From Macrostomum lignano (lineage: Eukaryota): 64,000 bases of DNA. Each line of letters begins with the position of its first letter. Within the stretch, counting starts at the first letter, position 1. A model generated the notes under the pieces. That model saw only the letters and a list, made by a program, of their open reading frames with translations. It was not told the origin of the DNA and did no database searches. The stretch spans positions 62,001 through 126,000 of the forward strand of contig NIVC01002057.1 in assembly GCA_002269645.1 (NCBI GenBank), in the 5' to 3' direction. Shown in pieces: positions 22,292 to 34,700 of this stretch. A program made the position numbers and the translations under genes.

Positions 22292-22649
22292 TAAACTATT
22301 TTGAATAAAAATGGACCGATGATACACGTTCACAACCGTTATTGGATTGCATTGTGTACTAAAAAAGCTTTCGCGTCCAAGCAAAGGTTGAAGATCCATG
22401 GTTACAAGCATTGCTGGCCCCTAAACCCCCTCCCTCGAGATACTGCATGCAGTTAGATGAAGTTAATAACTCAAGGGAGGGTCGCGAGCCAATATATAAG
22501 TTAGACTCCATTTTTGTACGGCATATAAGCTACGAGGAAAATATAGAGATTTTTGTATTTCTATATAGATATAGAAGTTAATAGAAAACAGGAGAGGAGA
22601 GAGAAATAAGTGAAGAAGAGATAGATCGGAGTAGAGAGAAGAGGAGGGA

Positions 22650-22743
22650 TGTGAGACGCGGGCCGCATTGCTATTTTGAATTTTCAAAGGCCCCGGGGAC
22701 CGGATAGAGATCGGCTTCGCGGGCCGAAGTTTGCCGACCCCTG
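22650..22743 (-). mobile_element. hAT (Charlie-like) terminal remnant
   Basis: Ends in GGGCCGAAGTTTGCCGACCCCTG (reverse complement CAGGGGTCGGCAAAC), with GCGGGCCG subterminal motifs; partner end not found. Confidence 0.5.
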
Positions 22744-23500
22744 AGATTCTAGAGCATATCTGGAGTCCATAGTGCGAAAACTAATCGAGACAATTGTTTT
22801 TGGCAAGGCAGAGTTGGGGCTTGGGAATTTTTACTGGTAGTTGCTTGGCGAAGAGAGGGGGAGAGTGCATGGGCTTAATTGTATTGCACGCGCCAAATAG
22901 AGAAATGGAAAGACTTGCTAAAAGACATGGGGGTATCGTTCATTTGAGCAGTTAGCTGAGTATCTCAATTGCTCTGTGATCTCCAGCCACCTCTTTGAAG
23001 CAGGTGGTTTCTTTCTGGAGGAGAGCGGCTGTGAGGCGGACTCAGTCCTGCTGCTGCCGCCACGCTGACTCCAACCAAGTTCGGTGGAGGATCGGGGAAG
23101 GGATCGTATCGGGGGAAAAGGCGATTGGGCTCATTTAAAGCAGCCACACTCTCTTGGACTGACAGTCTTCGTTTGTGCTCGCCATTAAAATTTTCAACTC
23201 TACATTTTGCATAGCGTCGTAGGTAGATCATACATTTATGTGTTCTGTTTAATATACATAATAATGACTCCGCCTAATGAGGTTCAACTCTCGAAAAAAT
23301 TGTTCTCTTCTCGGCGAATATTGATATTATTCGAGAGCATCCTCAAACAAAGACTGAAAAGACTAGAAGGCTAAATCCAGGTGGATGAACAGGTAGAATG
23401 CAATGGTTGCCAAAGCATTTGGTGCCACCTGCAGAGCGTGAGGTGCAGAAAACCCGCAACCCAACTGCCCCCGGGGCCAAATGCAGTATCAATGTAGGAT

Positions 23501-23596
23501 TCATACATCGATTTTGCGTGCTTAAATGGTCTATGCACGAGTGCGCGCAGCGCACGAGTGCCATAGACCATTTAAGCACAAAAAATCGATGTATGA
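23501..23596. repeat. Inverted repeat/hairpin: 35-bp arms (23501-23535, 23562-23596; 2 mismatches) with a 26-nt GC-rich spacer
   Basis: TCATACATCGATTTTGCGTGCTTAAATGGTCTATG vs CATAGACCATTTAAGCACAAAAAATCGATGTATGA. Confidence 0.9.
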
Positions 23597-23600
23597 GTTG

Positions 23601-24477
23601 CATTGTATTACGTTGGCTTAATACTTTAGATGGCGCGTTAGATGCACGCTCAGTTAATTTGTCTTAACCATAGACAAAAATGCGTGAAAGGCACGCAAGT
23701 TGATTGAGTGTTGCGAAGAAGGGAATAAGAAGCTGTTAAATTAAAATCACTTGTGAGAGAATATGGCTGAGCCACCAACTAAAGTCAGACTTCTGAATCT
23801 GAGCAAATTTCCGAACGAAATGATTTCCGGCTTGTCCACCAATGAGATTGACGACATTCTGAACGAGCCTGATAATCTACCGGAGTCGGCAATTGATCGA
23901 GAAGAGGAGGATCTTCTGGAGGCACTTTTCAAGAAGATACCTGACGAAGAAGCTGAACTACTTGAATTGGAACAGCTCGTTTCCGAAATCGAGGACACCG
24001 CTGCTAGTAAAAGTGTGACAAAGGCTACCGAATATTATGTCGGTAAGTTGCAGAGCTTCATGGAGAACCATCCGTCAGTTCAGCGTGATTTGGCGACTTC
24101 TACACCGCGCGAGATCGACAGTCTATTGCGATACTTCTATGGCTCACTTCGCAAGAGGAATGGCGAATACTTTGCTCCAGCCACGTTGATTTGTATCCGA
24201 GCTGCGCTCTACCGGCATTTCATGTCGACAAGGCGAATCAATATTCTAACTGACGACGCATTCTATGCTTCCAATACGACACTGAAGTCAATGGGCAGAA
24301 TCTTCATTGCCCGAGGCGGACGCGCCCGACACTTCCAATCGATCGAGCCTTTCCGTGCATTACACGCACGCGTTAGACGCACGCTTGTTGCCTTTACTCA
24401 GATAGAAAATTGCCATAGACACCTACATTAGACGCACAGTAAATCGTGCATCTAACGCGCGCCAGCGTGATACAATG
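23601..24477 (+). mobile_element. Truncated Crypton-like (tyrosine-recombinase transposon / DUF3504-associated) cassette; ORF 23763-24431 encodes only the N-terminal core-binding region
   Basis: SKSVTKATEYYVGKLQSF...IDSLLRYFYGSLRKRNGEYFAPATLICIRAALYRHF...NILTDDAFYASNTTLK...HFQSI resembles the CryptonA/ZMYM/KCTD1/QRICH1 region upstream of the recombinase catalytic domain (recalled family pattern). Catalytic R-H-R-Y part is absent. Flanked by CCATAGAC direct repeats and ~33-bp inverted repeats. Confidence 0.65.
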
Positions 24478-25214
24478 ATATATTCCTGCACGGTCACGAG
24501 TGCGGGAATGACATCTGCACGAGTGTGCGCTAGCGCACGAGTGCACGATGTCCTTCACGCACGAGTGAACGTGCAGGAATCCCATTGTCGGATTATTCAT
24601 CGTGCAGGAATGCACAAAACAGTGCAGGAATGCATTTCTGCGCCTAATGCTTTTTCAGTGAGATTTTACCATAGACATCCATTCCTGCACGCAAAAGAGT
24701 GCAAGAATGCCATTCCTGCATGGAAAATCAGCCGACAAGGTAAGTCAACAATTTTCACTACCATTCTTCTGCAACTGCTACGCTTCAGTCCTGATATCAT
24801 GGGTCTGGTAGCTTTGGCAACTCTGAATCGATATCTATACGTTACCGTACGGCTCTGTTATAAAGATCTTACTGAGAAGGGATAAACCTACACATTTTTG
24901 TCGAATTATTTCTTCAGGGCTGCCCGGGATTGAAGTCCACTCGCAAAATTTATGGACAGCAATAACCTTATTTGCTTTTTCCTCATCATTTTGCATGCAC
25001 AAAAACTAGTCCAATTAACCTCGAAGTCAAGCTGCAATGCTTGAAAAGTACAGCCTAAGCTGGTGAATTGTTTTTTTAACTTTCATGTTTATAACTGCCT
25101 GAGAAATTTCTGAGAAGTCCTAACGGCTTTCGTAGTCTTTGTTTATTACTGTAAGCTCATTTCTGCATTGAGGCTAGAAATTTTTCATGCAATGGGTGCT
25201 TTGCTTCTTGCACT

Positions 25215-26176
25215 GATAGCTGGTATCTACGAGCGTAGTACAAACTGGTAGCTTGCACTGGTAGCTGGTACAAACTGGTAGCTTTCACTGGTAGCTGGTA
25301 CAAACTGGTAGCTTTCACTGGTAGCTGGTACAAACTGGTAGCTTGCACTGGTAGCTGGTACAAACTGGTAGCTTTCACTGGTAGCTGGTACAAACTGGTA
25401 GCTGGTACAAACTGGTAGCTTTCACTGGTAGCTGGTACAAACTGGTAGCTTTCACTGGTAGCTGGTACAAACTGGTAGCTTTCACTGGTAGCTGGTACAA
25501 ACTGGTAGCTTTCACTGGTAGCTGGTACAAACTGGTAGCTTTCACTGGTAGCTGGTACAAACTGGTAGCTTTCACTGGTAGCTGGTACAAACTGGTAGCT
25601 TTCACTGGTAGCTGGTACAAACTGGTAGCTTTCACTGGTAGCTGGTACAAACTGGTAGCTTTCACTGGTAGCTGGTACAAACTGGTAGCTTTCACTGTAG
25701 CTGGTACAAACTGGTAGCTTTCACTGGTAGCTGGTACAAACTGGTAGCTTTCACTGGTAGCTGGTACAAACTGGTAGCTTTCACTGGTAGCTGGTACAAA
25801 CTGGTAGCTTTCACTGGTAGCTGGTACAAACTGGTAGCTTTCACTGGTAGCTGGTACAAACTGGTAGCGTGCACTGGTAGCTGGTACAAACTGGTAGCTT
25901 TCACTGGTAGCTGGTACAAACTGGTAGCTTTCACTGGTAGCTGGTACAAACTGGTAGCTTGCACTGGTAGCTGGTACAAACTGGTAGCTTTCACTGGTAG
26001 CTGGTACAAACTGGTAGCTTTCACTGGTAGCTGGTACAAACTGGCAGCTTGCACTGGTAGCTGGTACAAACTGGTAGCTTTCACTGGTAGCTGGTACAAA
26101 CTGGTAGCTTTCACTGGTAGCTGGTACAAACTGGCAGCTTGCACTGGTAGCTGGTACAAACTGGTAGCTTGCACTG
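25215..26176 (+). repeat. 30-bp minisatellite (GGTAGCTGGTACAAACTGGTAGCTTTCACT)n, ~32 units, just upstream of peptidase copy 2
   Basis: Directly visible. Confidence 0.97.
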
Positions 26177-26478
26177 GTTCTTCGTATTGAAAATGCCATT
26201 AGATTAGGCAAACCTTTTCTTCCGATTGCTTTTGAAATAATATTGATAGAATTAAGTGGATTATAGAGGCTGTGAAAACTTCTTCTGAAAGCCTGCTCTT
26301 GCCTACTACAATTGCTTTACAGCCTGTTCAAACAAAGTCGGTGCAAAGTTAAAAAGAACAAACAGAGCTCTATAAGAGCGACAAGCCACAGTGATCCGAC
26401 CTTGAACGAAGAGTCAGTCAAACACCCAAGTCGTCAAAGAATCAAACCACTGTCTCACAGCAAAGGGGCACAAGAGCA

Positions 26479-29400
26479 ATGTCCACCTGCAGTGTTCCGG
26501 CTTCCTGCCTGGTCACTTTTGCTGCTGCCTTGGCTTTGCTGTCAGCTGCTTTCAGCATTCAGGTAGGCATCATAATCAGCTGTCCGCTTCTGAACGGGGA
26601 ATTCACCTGACTGTATTGATCGCTTTCAGGTGACATCTGCAGCAAGTTCGACGCGAAAGTACAGGCAAGTACTCGCTCTGCACAGCTGAAAATGTCTGAG
26701 AGTAATTTATTGTGAAGCTTTCTACTGTAACTGGCACTCCTGATCTCACTCGCAATGTCTCTCTTATCACTCCTGATCTCACTCGCATCTCTTATCACTC
26801 CTGATCTCACTCGCATTGTTAGTCTTATCGTCACTCCTGATCTCACTCGCATTGTTAGTCTTATCGTCACTCCTGATCTCACTCGCATTGTTAGTCTTAT
26901 CGTCACTCCTGATCTCACTCGCATTGTTAGTCTTATCGTCACTCTTGATCTCACTCGCATTGTTAGTCTTATCGTCACTCCTGATCTCACTCGCATTGTT
27001 AGTCTTATCGTCACTCTTGATCTCACTCGCATTGTTAGTCTTTTCGTCACTCCTAATCTCACTCGCATTGTCACTCTTATCGTCACTCCTAATCTCACTA
27101 GTATTGTTAGTCTTATCGTCACTCCTAATCTCTCTCGCATTGTCACTCTTATCGTCACTCCTAATTTCACTCGCATTGTCACTCTTATCATCACTCCTGA
27201 TCTCACTCGCATCTCTTATCACTCCTGATCTCACTCGCATTGTCACTCTTATCATCACTCCTGATCTCACTCGCATTGTCACTCTTATCATCACTCCTGA
27301 TCTCACTCGCATCTCTTATCACTCCTGATCTCACTCGTATTGTCACTCTTACCATCACTCCTGATATAATTCGTATTGTCACTCTGTTGTCACTCACTTT
27401 GTCACTCTTATCGTCACTCCTAATTTCCACTCTCATTGTCACTTTTATCATCACTTCAAAGTTCAAAAAGCACCAATTTCCCACCAGCTAATTATAACAA
27501 ATCATAATAATACTTTGTGACTGCATCGCTCGCAGACTGCCATCCCATGTGAAACCGTTAAACTATCAGCTGTTCTTTGAGCCCAACTTAGCGTCAAACA
27601 TCCTGGCTGGAAAAATGATTGCAACAATTGCAGTGAGTGACGTTTTGAAGCTTTCTGAGTATGAAAAGTTGGGAGAAGGAGAGATGAGAGGGGATGGGTG
27701 CAAATAAAGGAGACATAAATACTAACAACGAAGCTCATTATCAAATTTCAGATACCGAGGCAGTCACTTCAATAGTTCTCAACGGCAACGCGGTGCTCCT
27801 GACAGGTGCTCCCAGTCTGAGCGGACGTGAGTAGGATTCCTGTGCTGTTGCTGTTGGGAGAAATGCTTCATGTGGCTGCGTGTGGTGCAGATTTTAATTG
27901 CTACTGGATAGTTTTAGAGCTGATGTTGGGCAACTTAACTTGACAGCGGAGACCTTAATTGATTGTCTCCTCTCCAGTCACTAGCAATCTTCGCCTCTAG
28001 TTAGGAAAAGCAAAAAGAAATAAATTGAACAACTAAGCAATTTATGTACAAGGCCTTGTGAAGTTGCAATTGCTAGTTTCCTAAATAAAAATATGTTTAA
28101 AGCAAAAATGCATCCTAAAAGGATAAAATATTGGCATCCTGTTTGAGCTATCTAGCAATAAAGAAGTTATGCTAGTCGTACAACTTTTTTAAAGATAAGC
28201 TTGCACACTTTGGAAATACCCTGATTGTTATTAGGTGAAGTTGTATTGATTCAATATAGTGTATCAACCTTGTGTTGAGATTTGAAGAAGTCCGAGATTT
28301 GTGCTAAAAGAAACCAGCTTGAAGCTGTGCTTCAAGTTCATTTAAACTGCTGTCCGTTTATCATTGAGCATGAAAATTACAAGTTAATTGCTTTTCTACC
28401 CACTCAACCACTTCTTCCCTTTCAGGTTCGCCTCTGAACGTTACGTATGATCGTGACGCACAAATGATCAGTCTGAATTTTGCTGACCCAGTCCCTCCGG
28501 GCATCTGGGAGCTCTACGCATCGTTCACAGCTCGCATCAACACCCGTCTATCTGGCGTATTTCGAGTAGCTTCACCGCCTGGTAGCCCGCCACACTTGGA
28601 CTCGACAATAATTGCCACCTATTTCCAGCCCACAGACGCTCGGAAAGCGTTTCCGTGCTGGGACGAGCCGGCAATGAAGGCCACTTCGATCTGACCCTGA
28701 CAGTCCCGGCTGACCTACTCGCGCTGTCCAACTCGCCTGAGGTGTCACGGAAGGTAATAACACACTCGTCGTCTTCCAAAAATCAAAGCGCCGCTCGGGT
28801 CGAAGTCCGATTCGCTCGTACACCGCCAATGTCAACCTACCTGCTGGCATTCGTCATAGGTCGGTTCGACCAACCGTTGAAAACCGTCGACGAAAATGGT
28901 ATAAACATCAGAGTCTACACGCCTCCAGGACGCCGCCATGAAGGCTCGTTTTCGTTGGGCATCGCCAACAAAACCTTGACACATTTTGGTAAACTGTTTG
29001 GCACGAATTATCCCCTGTCTAAGATTGACCTCGTGTCCTTGCCAGACTTTCCCAGCGTGGCCATGGAGAACTGGGGCCTAGTGCTCTTCCATGAGCCCAG
29101 CTTGCTGGCATCGAAAGACACACCAGAGGCACTTCGCGCATTCGTTGCTACGACCGTGATTCACGAGCTGGCTCACCAGTGGTTCGGCAATCTAGTTTCG
29201 CCCGCCTGGTGGTCCGACCTTTGGCTAAACGAGGGATTCGCCACTTGGTTGTCATACAACGAATTAGACGCAATTCGGCCTGGCTTGATCGACTCGCGGA
29301 GCTGGTTCGTGAGCACCGAGCTGCTGAGCGCCATGAGCGACGACGCTCTGGAAGCTTCGCACCCGGTCGAGGCCGACGTTCATCGACCGGAGGACACGGC

Positions 29401-30867
29401 GGAAGTGTTCGACTCGATCAGCTACGGCAAAGGCGCGGCCCTCGTTGGCATGCTGCACGACTGGCTGGGACGCGAGAACTTCTTCGCTGGTCTGCGCAAC
29501 TACATTCGTCGGCATCGATTCGGCAACGCTGCCACCAGCGACCTATGGAAGGCGCTACAGGAGACGCTCAATGACAGACCCGCTGGAGAACCGTCGATAG
29601 CGGAGGTGATGCACGACTGGACAACGCGGAAAAGCTTCCCGGTGATTTTCGCTTCCATTAAGACTGACGAATCTGGTTGCAATTTAAGACTCAGACAGAG
29701 CCGCTACCGTCTGCCAGGAGCGATCGCCTTCACGACCGGTGGCTTTGGCGCATCCCGATCGTGATAGCAACGCAGGACGGCGACGTTATCAGACGGGTCA
29801 TGACCAGATCGAGAATGACTATCCAACTGCCTAACTGCGGTTGGGCCATGCTTAATCCTAATGCTACTGGTTTCTATCGAACCTCTTACCCGCGGAGTCT
29901 GATGACCGAGCTGCTGAGAGAAGCAGTCAGAGGCGGCATCAGACCATCGGGTCGTTTATTGCTGCTGGATGATGTGTTCGCGATGCATGCAGCGGACCGA
30001 GTCTGGGCGGAGGACCCACTGTATGCTGTACATGTGTTGCGTCACGACTCCAGCCTACAGGTGTGGACAAACATGCTGAATCACCTAAAAGAGATTGGCA
30101 GTGCAGTGCCAGTGAATAACAAGAAGGCTTTAAAAAACTGGCAGCGCTATGTTTACAATTTGTGCTTGACTCGATTGAGAGCTCATAACAGCGTTGGGCT
30201 GAAGAGTCTGCTAACAACTTGTTTGGGTTCTGTGGGCGATAGAGACGTAAAAAACTGGGCAGTGAAAGCGTTTCCTCGGTGGCTGAATGGCACCAGACCG
30301 GACACTATTTCGCCAGACTTGTGGAGCATCGTCTGCCGAATCGCAGCTGGTGGCAGCAGCGGCGGCATCGGCGTGTCGCATTTCTGGCATCTCTTGTCGG
30401 TATTGAATCGCACACAGTCGATAGCCCGACGAGAGGAAATCATCGGCTGTCTGGGTGCCTTTGAGGACAAGAAGCGGCCCGAAGTGGAGAAACGGCTGAT
30501 CTCTCTGGCGCTAGGCCCGGAGCTGCAAGCTTCAGAGGTGCTTTGTCTGGTCGACGGTCTGAGCTCCAGATCGGTTTGGCGTCTCCTCACTCGACACTGG
30601 ACTGCGATTGCGCGTCGCTTCGAAGGTCCCTACATGTTGAAACGCCTGATAAACGGACTTGCGTTTCGTTCAACGTCGGGTATCCGGCGTGTCCGACGGT
30701 TCTTCCGAAGCCACTCGGCTGTTGGAATTCAAGACGCCGTGCGGCGGCAGATTGAGCGACTCAGCGTGGCAGCGGAGCGAGTTGGAAAGGACCGGGTGGA
30801 GATGCGAGTTTTGGTTAATCGGGTGTTGGGTGGGCGTAACAGCTGGAAAAGACTCGGTTGGGATTAG
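26479..30867 (+). pseudogene. M1 aminopeptidase (NPEPPS-like) copy 2; exons 26479-26562, 26630-26664, 27536-27632, 27752-27826, 28426-30867; three 1-bp deletions versus copy 1 (~27755, ~28686, ~29721): pseudogene or assembly indel errors
   Basis: Near-identical to copy 1, including splice sites and the GC donor at 26665. Exon 4 is 75 vs 76 nt and exon 5 is 2442 vs 2444 nt. ATACC vs ATATCC, CACTTCG vs CACTTTCG, GGAGCGAT vs GGAGCCGAT. The locus itself is certain; pseudogene status is not. Confidence 0.65.
26735..27460 (+). repeat. ~36-bp minisatellite in intron 2 of peptidase copy 2
   Basis: Same unit as 16840-17405, more copies. Confidence 0.9.
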
Positions 30868-31769
30868 CAGCATTGCTTGATGTGACTTTTACTCAGTTGA
30901 CTGTGAACAAGCGATAATTTAATTCCAAATAAAAGACATAGGTTCGTTTAGTTTGCTTTTAAAGCCTAAAAGAAGGACTAAATTGTTTGATCTAGGATTT
31001 CCCGGAAATTCGCCGTTTCCTATCCTGCTAGTGCATTTTGTAGCAAACGGTTGCCTTTTATTAGTGCTGTCGAAATTCGATGTCCTAATTTCTTTTCAGA
31101 TAAGGTATTCTGTTTGTCTGTTTCTCTGTCTGTCCTTCTGTCTGTCTATCCCGCTGCAATATAATTTTTGCTAGTCAATTCAATTTTGTTGCTTCCCTGT
31201 TAAAGGTACCCGTACCTGCCACAACAAAATATCTACAGAATCATACACTTCGGAAAATGAGCACTTGGCAATGTAAGCAGCCCCGCATTACTCGTGAGCA
31301 CTTCTTTTAAGACTAGCGCACATTGACTCAAGTTGTCATGCAGTAAAAACACTTCCAGTAGAAACTGGATTGTCAGCTTCAGTGCTCCATTTGCTTTCGC
31401 AAATTTCGTCTCTCCGGAAAGGCAGCAACGCTAGTTTTATTATTCTTTATTATCGTACTTGCTCTCCAGTAACATACTGCCAACTCTTCTAACTCTAAGA
31501 ATGAGAGACTGCACACTTGCTCGTTCTCTTCCTCTCCTTCGCGCTTGGCTTGCATAAATGTCTAACAGAAATTGCGTACACACGAGTCTATTATCAGGGA
31601 ACAGTAATTGGACAGTCCTCGAAGATCGAAAATATAAATTTTAGCGCTCAGAACGGATTTGCGCTGCAAGCGCGCAATTGCATTCTAGTTTGTTAATTTG
31701 TGTATAAAGGTGTGTCAGATTAAACTCGACTTGCTGGATCAGGAAAACATCGCCCTGACTGATCGGGGC

Positions 31770-34700
31770 ATGGAGAATTACTCGGAAAGTAGCGGCGGTA
31801 ACGACGCCGGAGACAGCGCAACTGTGTCCGCACCTGAGCCTGGCTACGACATACCGCCGCACAGAACGACCAGAAGGGCTGCGCCGCCGCCACCCCCGCT
31901 GACAAGCGATCAGAACGAATTTGACAACGCTAGACAGCCGACAAGCCCAAGCCGAATTCGAAGCGAAGAAGATTACCGACTGTGGCTCGAGAGCAACTTT
32001 CAACATTACTTTGATCAGCACGAAGCCGAAGGTGGCATTCCAACTCGACAGCTTGTGGAAATACTTTGTACTGACCAAAATGCTGACCGACTTCACCAGA
32101 GGAAACTCAGTCGACTGATGACCGACATGAATGCCAATCCGGATGGCAGAGTGTCCTGGAAGGAGTTCTTCTCCAAGGTTTGTCTTTTGCGCGAATATTT
32201 TGCTTTAAATTATTACACGATAACCTTATATTCAAGGTGACAAGCTTTTCGTCGCCACGCGTTGAACTTTACCCGAGAATCCTCTGCTGTAGTGTGGTTT
32301 CTGTACGATTCATGCTGTTTTTAATGCAAAAGTACATTTTGGAGAACTCTATCTATACTGGCTTCGAAGTAAACCTTTGCAAAACGTTGAATAACTTTAA
32401 TGAAAAACGGAGGCAGAGCAGTAAAACACATTATCCAGATGAGGTACGAAGTTGCACCCAATGGCATGAATACTGATGGATAACCAAAGAAATCACGATA
32501 GTTTTTTGCGTCTTTATTAAAAAATGTTAATCAAAACTCGGTAACAGCGAATATCGATGTGACCAATAAGGACAGGTTTTTTTAATTAGTTTCATATACG
32601 AGCCATATATTTTGTCTTTCAGTTAAGACAAGTCATACATCGTACTAAAATAATTTAATTTAGTCAGTGTCACACTGAGTTGGTTTCTGTGACTGTGACG
32701 TTTTACTTCAATTTAATAATATTAGGCTACGTGCTTTCTGTGCACTTTGCACAAACCCCAGTAACTAAGTAATCCATCTATTGTACATGCAGCTTAGAGA
32801 AGCCTGTGAGGGCCACTGCAGACGTCTCTTATCTATTTAAACATTAACGGACCCTTGTAGCCTAAACTAGCTATCGACTTTATGGAATAGCTCGTATAAA
32901 ATGCGTTCTGACCGTGCTTACCAAATATCTACATAACCAATACTTTCTCCCATAACCAAATAACAAATGCAGTTAACCATCACCCGGCGAAAAGACCTCA
33001 GCCGCACGCAGCTATTTCTAGTGGAATTAATTCGAGCAGCCGTGCCAGCCGTTGAGCGTTACGAACAAAAACAAATTTTCAGGTGGACTGGCGTAGATCA
33101 ACTGGACGGTGCTGAGAAGGAGACAGACTACGAATCATATCTGGAAGCTTACAACTGCAGACCGCCGTCTATCTTTATTCCTGTTTGTTGCCTTGCTCAG
33201 GTACTTCGTAAGCTATTCTGACAGTGGATAATGAGCTACCAGTCCGCTCGTATATTAGAAACCTTTTACTAACGACCTGTCAGTATTAGCTGATGACCCT
33301 GTAGCTTTTCCATGCAGTGCTGTCCTGTTAGTATCATCACTGACGACCCTGTAGCTTTCCCATGCAGTGCTGTCCTGTTAGTATCATCACTGAAGACCCT
33401 GTAGCTTTCCCATGCAGTGCTGTCCTGTTAGTATCATCACTGACGACCCTGTAGCTTTCCCATGCAGTGCTGTCCTGTTAGTATCATCACTGAAGACCCT
33501 GTAGCTTTTCCATGCAGTGCTGTCCTGTTAGTATCATCACTGAAGACCCTGTAGCTTTTCCATGCAGTGCTGTCCTGTTAGTATCATCACTGAAGACCCT
33601 GTAGCTTTTCCATGCAGTGCTGTCCTGTTAGTATCATCACTGAAGACCCTGTAGCTTTCCCATGCAGTGCTGTCCTGTTAGTATCATCACTGAAGACCCT
33701 GTAGCTTTTCCATGCAGTGCTGTCCTGTTAGTATCATCACTGAAGACCCTGTAGCTTTCCCATGCAGTGCTGTCCTGTTAGTATCATCACTGAAGACCCT
33801 GTAGCTTTCATGCAGTGTTGTCCTGTTAGTATCATCACTGAAGACCCTGTAGCTTTCAAATGCAGTGTTGTCCTGTTAGTATCATCACTGAAGACCCTGT
33901 AGCTTTCAAATGCAGTGCTGTCCTGTTAGTATCATCACTGACGACCCTGTAGCTTTCCCATGCAGTGCTGTCCTGTTAGTATCATCACTGAAGACCCTGT
34001 AGCTTTCCCATGCAGTGCTGTCCTGTTAGTATCATCACTGAAGACCCTGTAGCTTTCCCATGCAGTGCTGTCCTGTTAGTATCATCACTGAAGACCCTGT
34101 AGCTTTTCCATGCAGTGCTGTCCTGTTAGTATCATCACTGAAGACCCTGTAGCTTTCCCATGCAGTGCTGTCCTGTTAGTATCATCACTGAAGACCCTGT
34201 AGCTTTTCCATGCAGTGCTGTCCTGTTAGTATCATCACTGAAGACCCTGTAGCTTTCCCATGCAGTGCTGTCCTGTTAGTATCATCACTGAAGACCCTGT
34301 AGCTTTCAAATGCAGTGTTGTCCTGTTAGTATCATCACTGAAGACCCTGTAGCTTTCAAATGCAGTGTTGTCCTGTTAGTATCATCACTGAAGACCCTGT
34401 AGCTTTCAAATGCAGTGCTGTCCTGTTAGTATCATCACTGACGACCCTGTAGCTTTCCCATGCAGTGCTGTCCTGTTAGTATCATCACTGACGACCCTGT
34501 AGCTTTCCCATGCAGTGCTGTCCTGTTAGTATCATCACTGACGACCCTGTAGCTTTCCCATGCAGTGCTGTCCTGTTAGTATCATCACTGACGACCCTGT
34601 AGCTTTCCCATGCAGTGCTGTCCTGTTAGTATCATCACTGACGACCCTGTAGCTTTCCCATGCAGTGCTGTCCTGTTAGTATCATCACTGACGACCCTGT

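Noticed and set aside
22965-23231. 88-aa minus-strand ORF near the transposon remnants
   Set aside because: No recognisable motif or linked exons; cannot be supported
25157-26211. YQLPVKATSL repeat ORFs
   Set aside because: 30-bp minisatellite with no unique coding context
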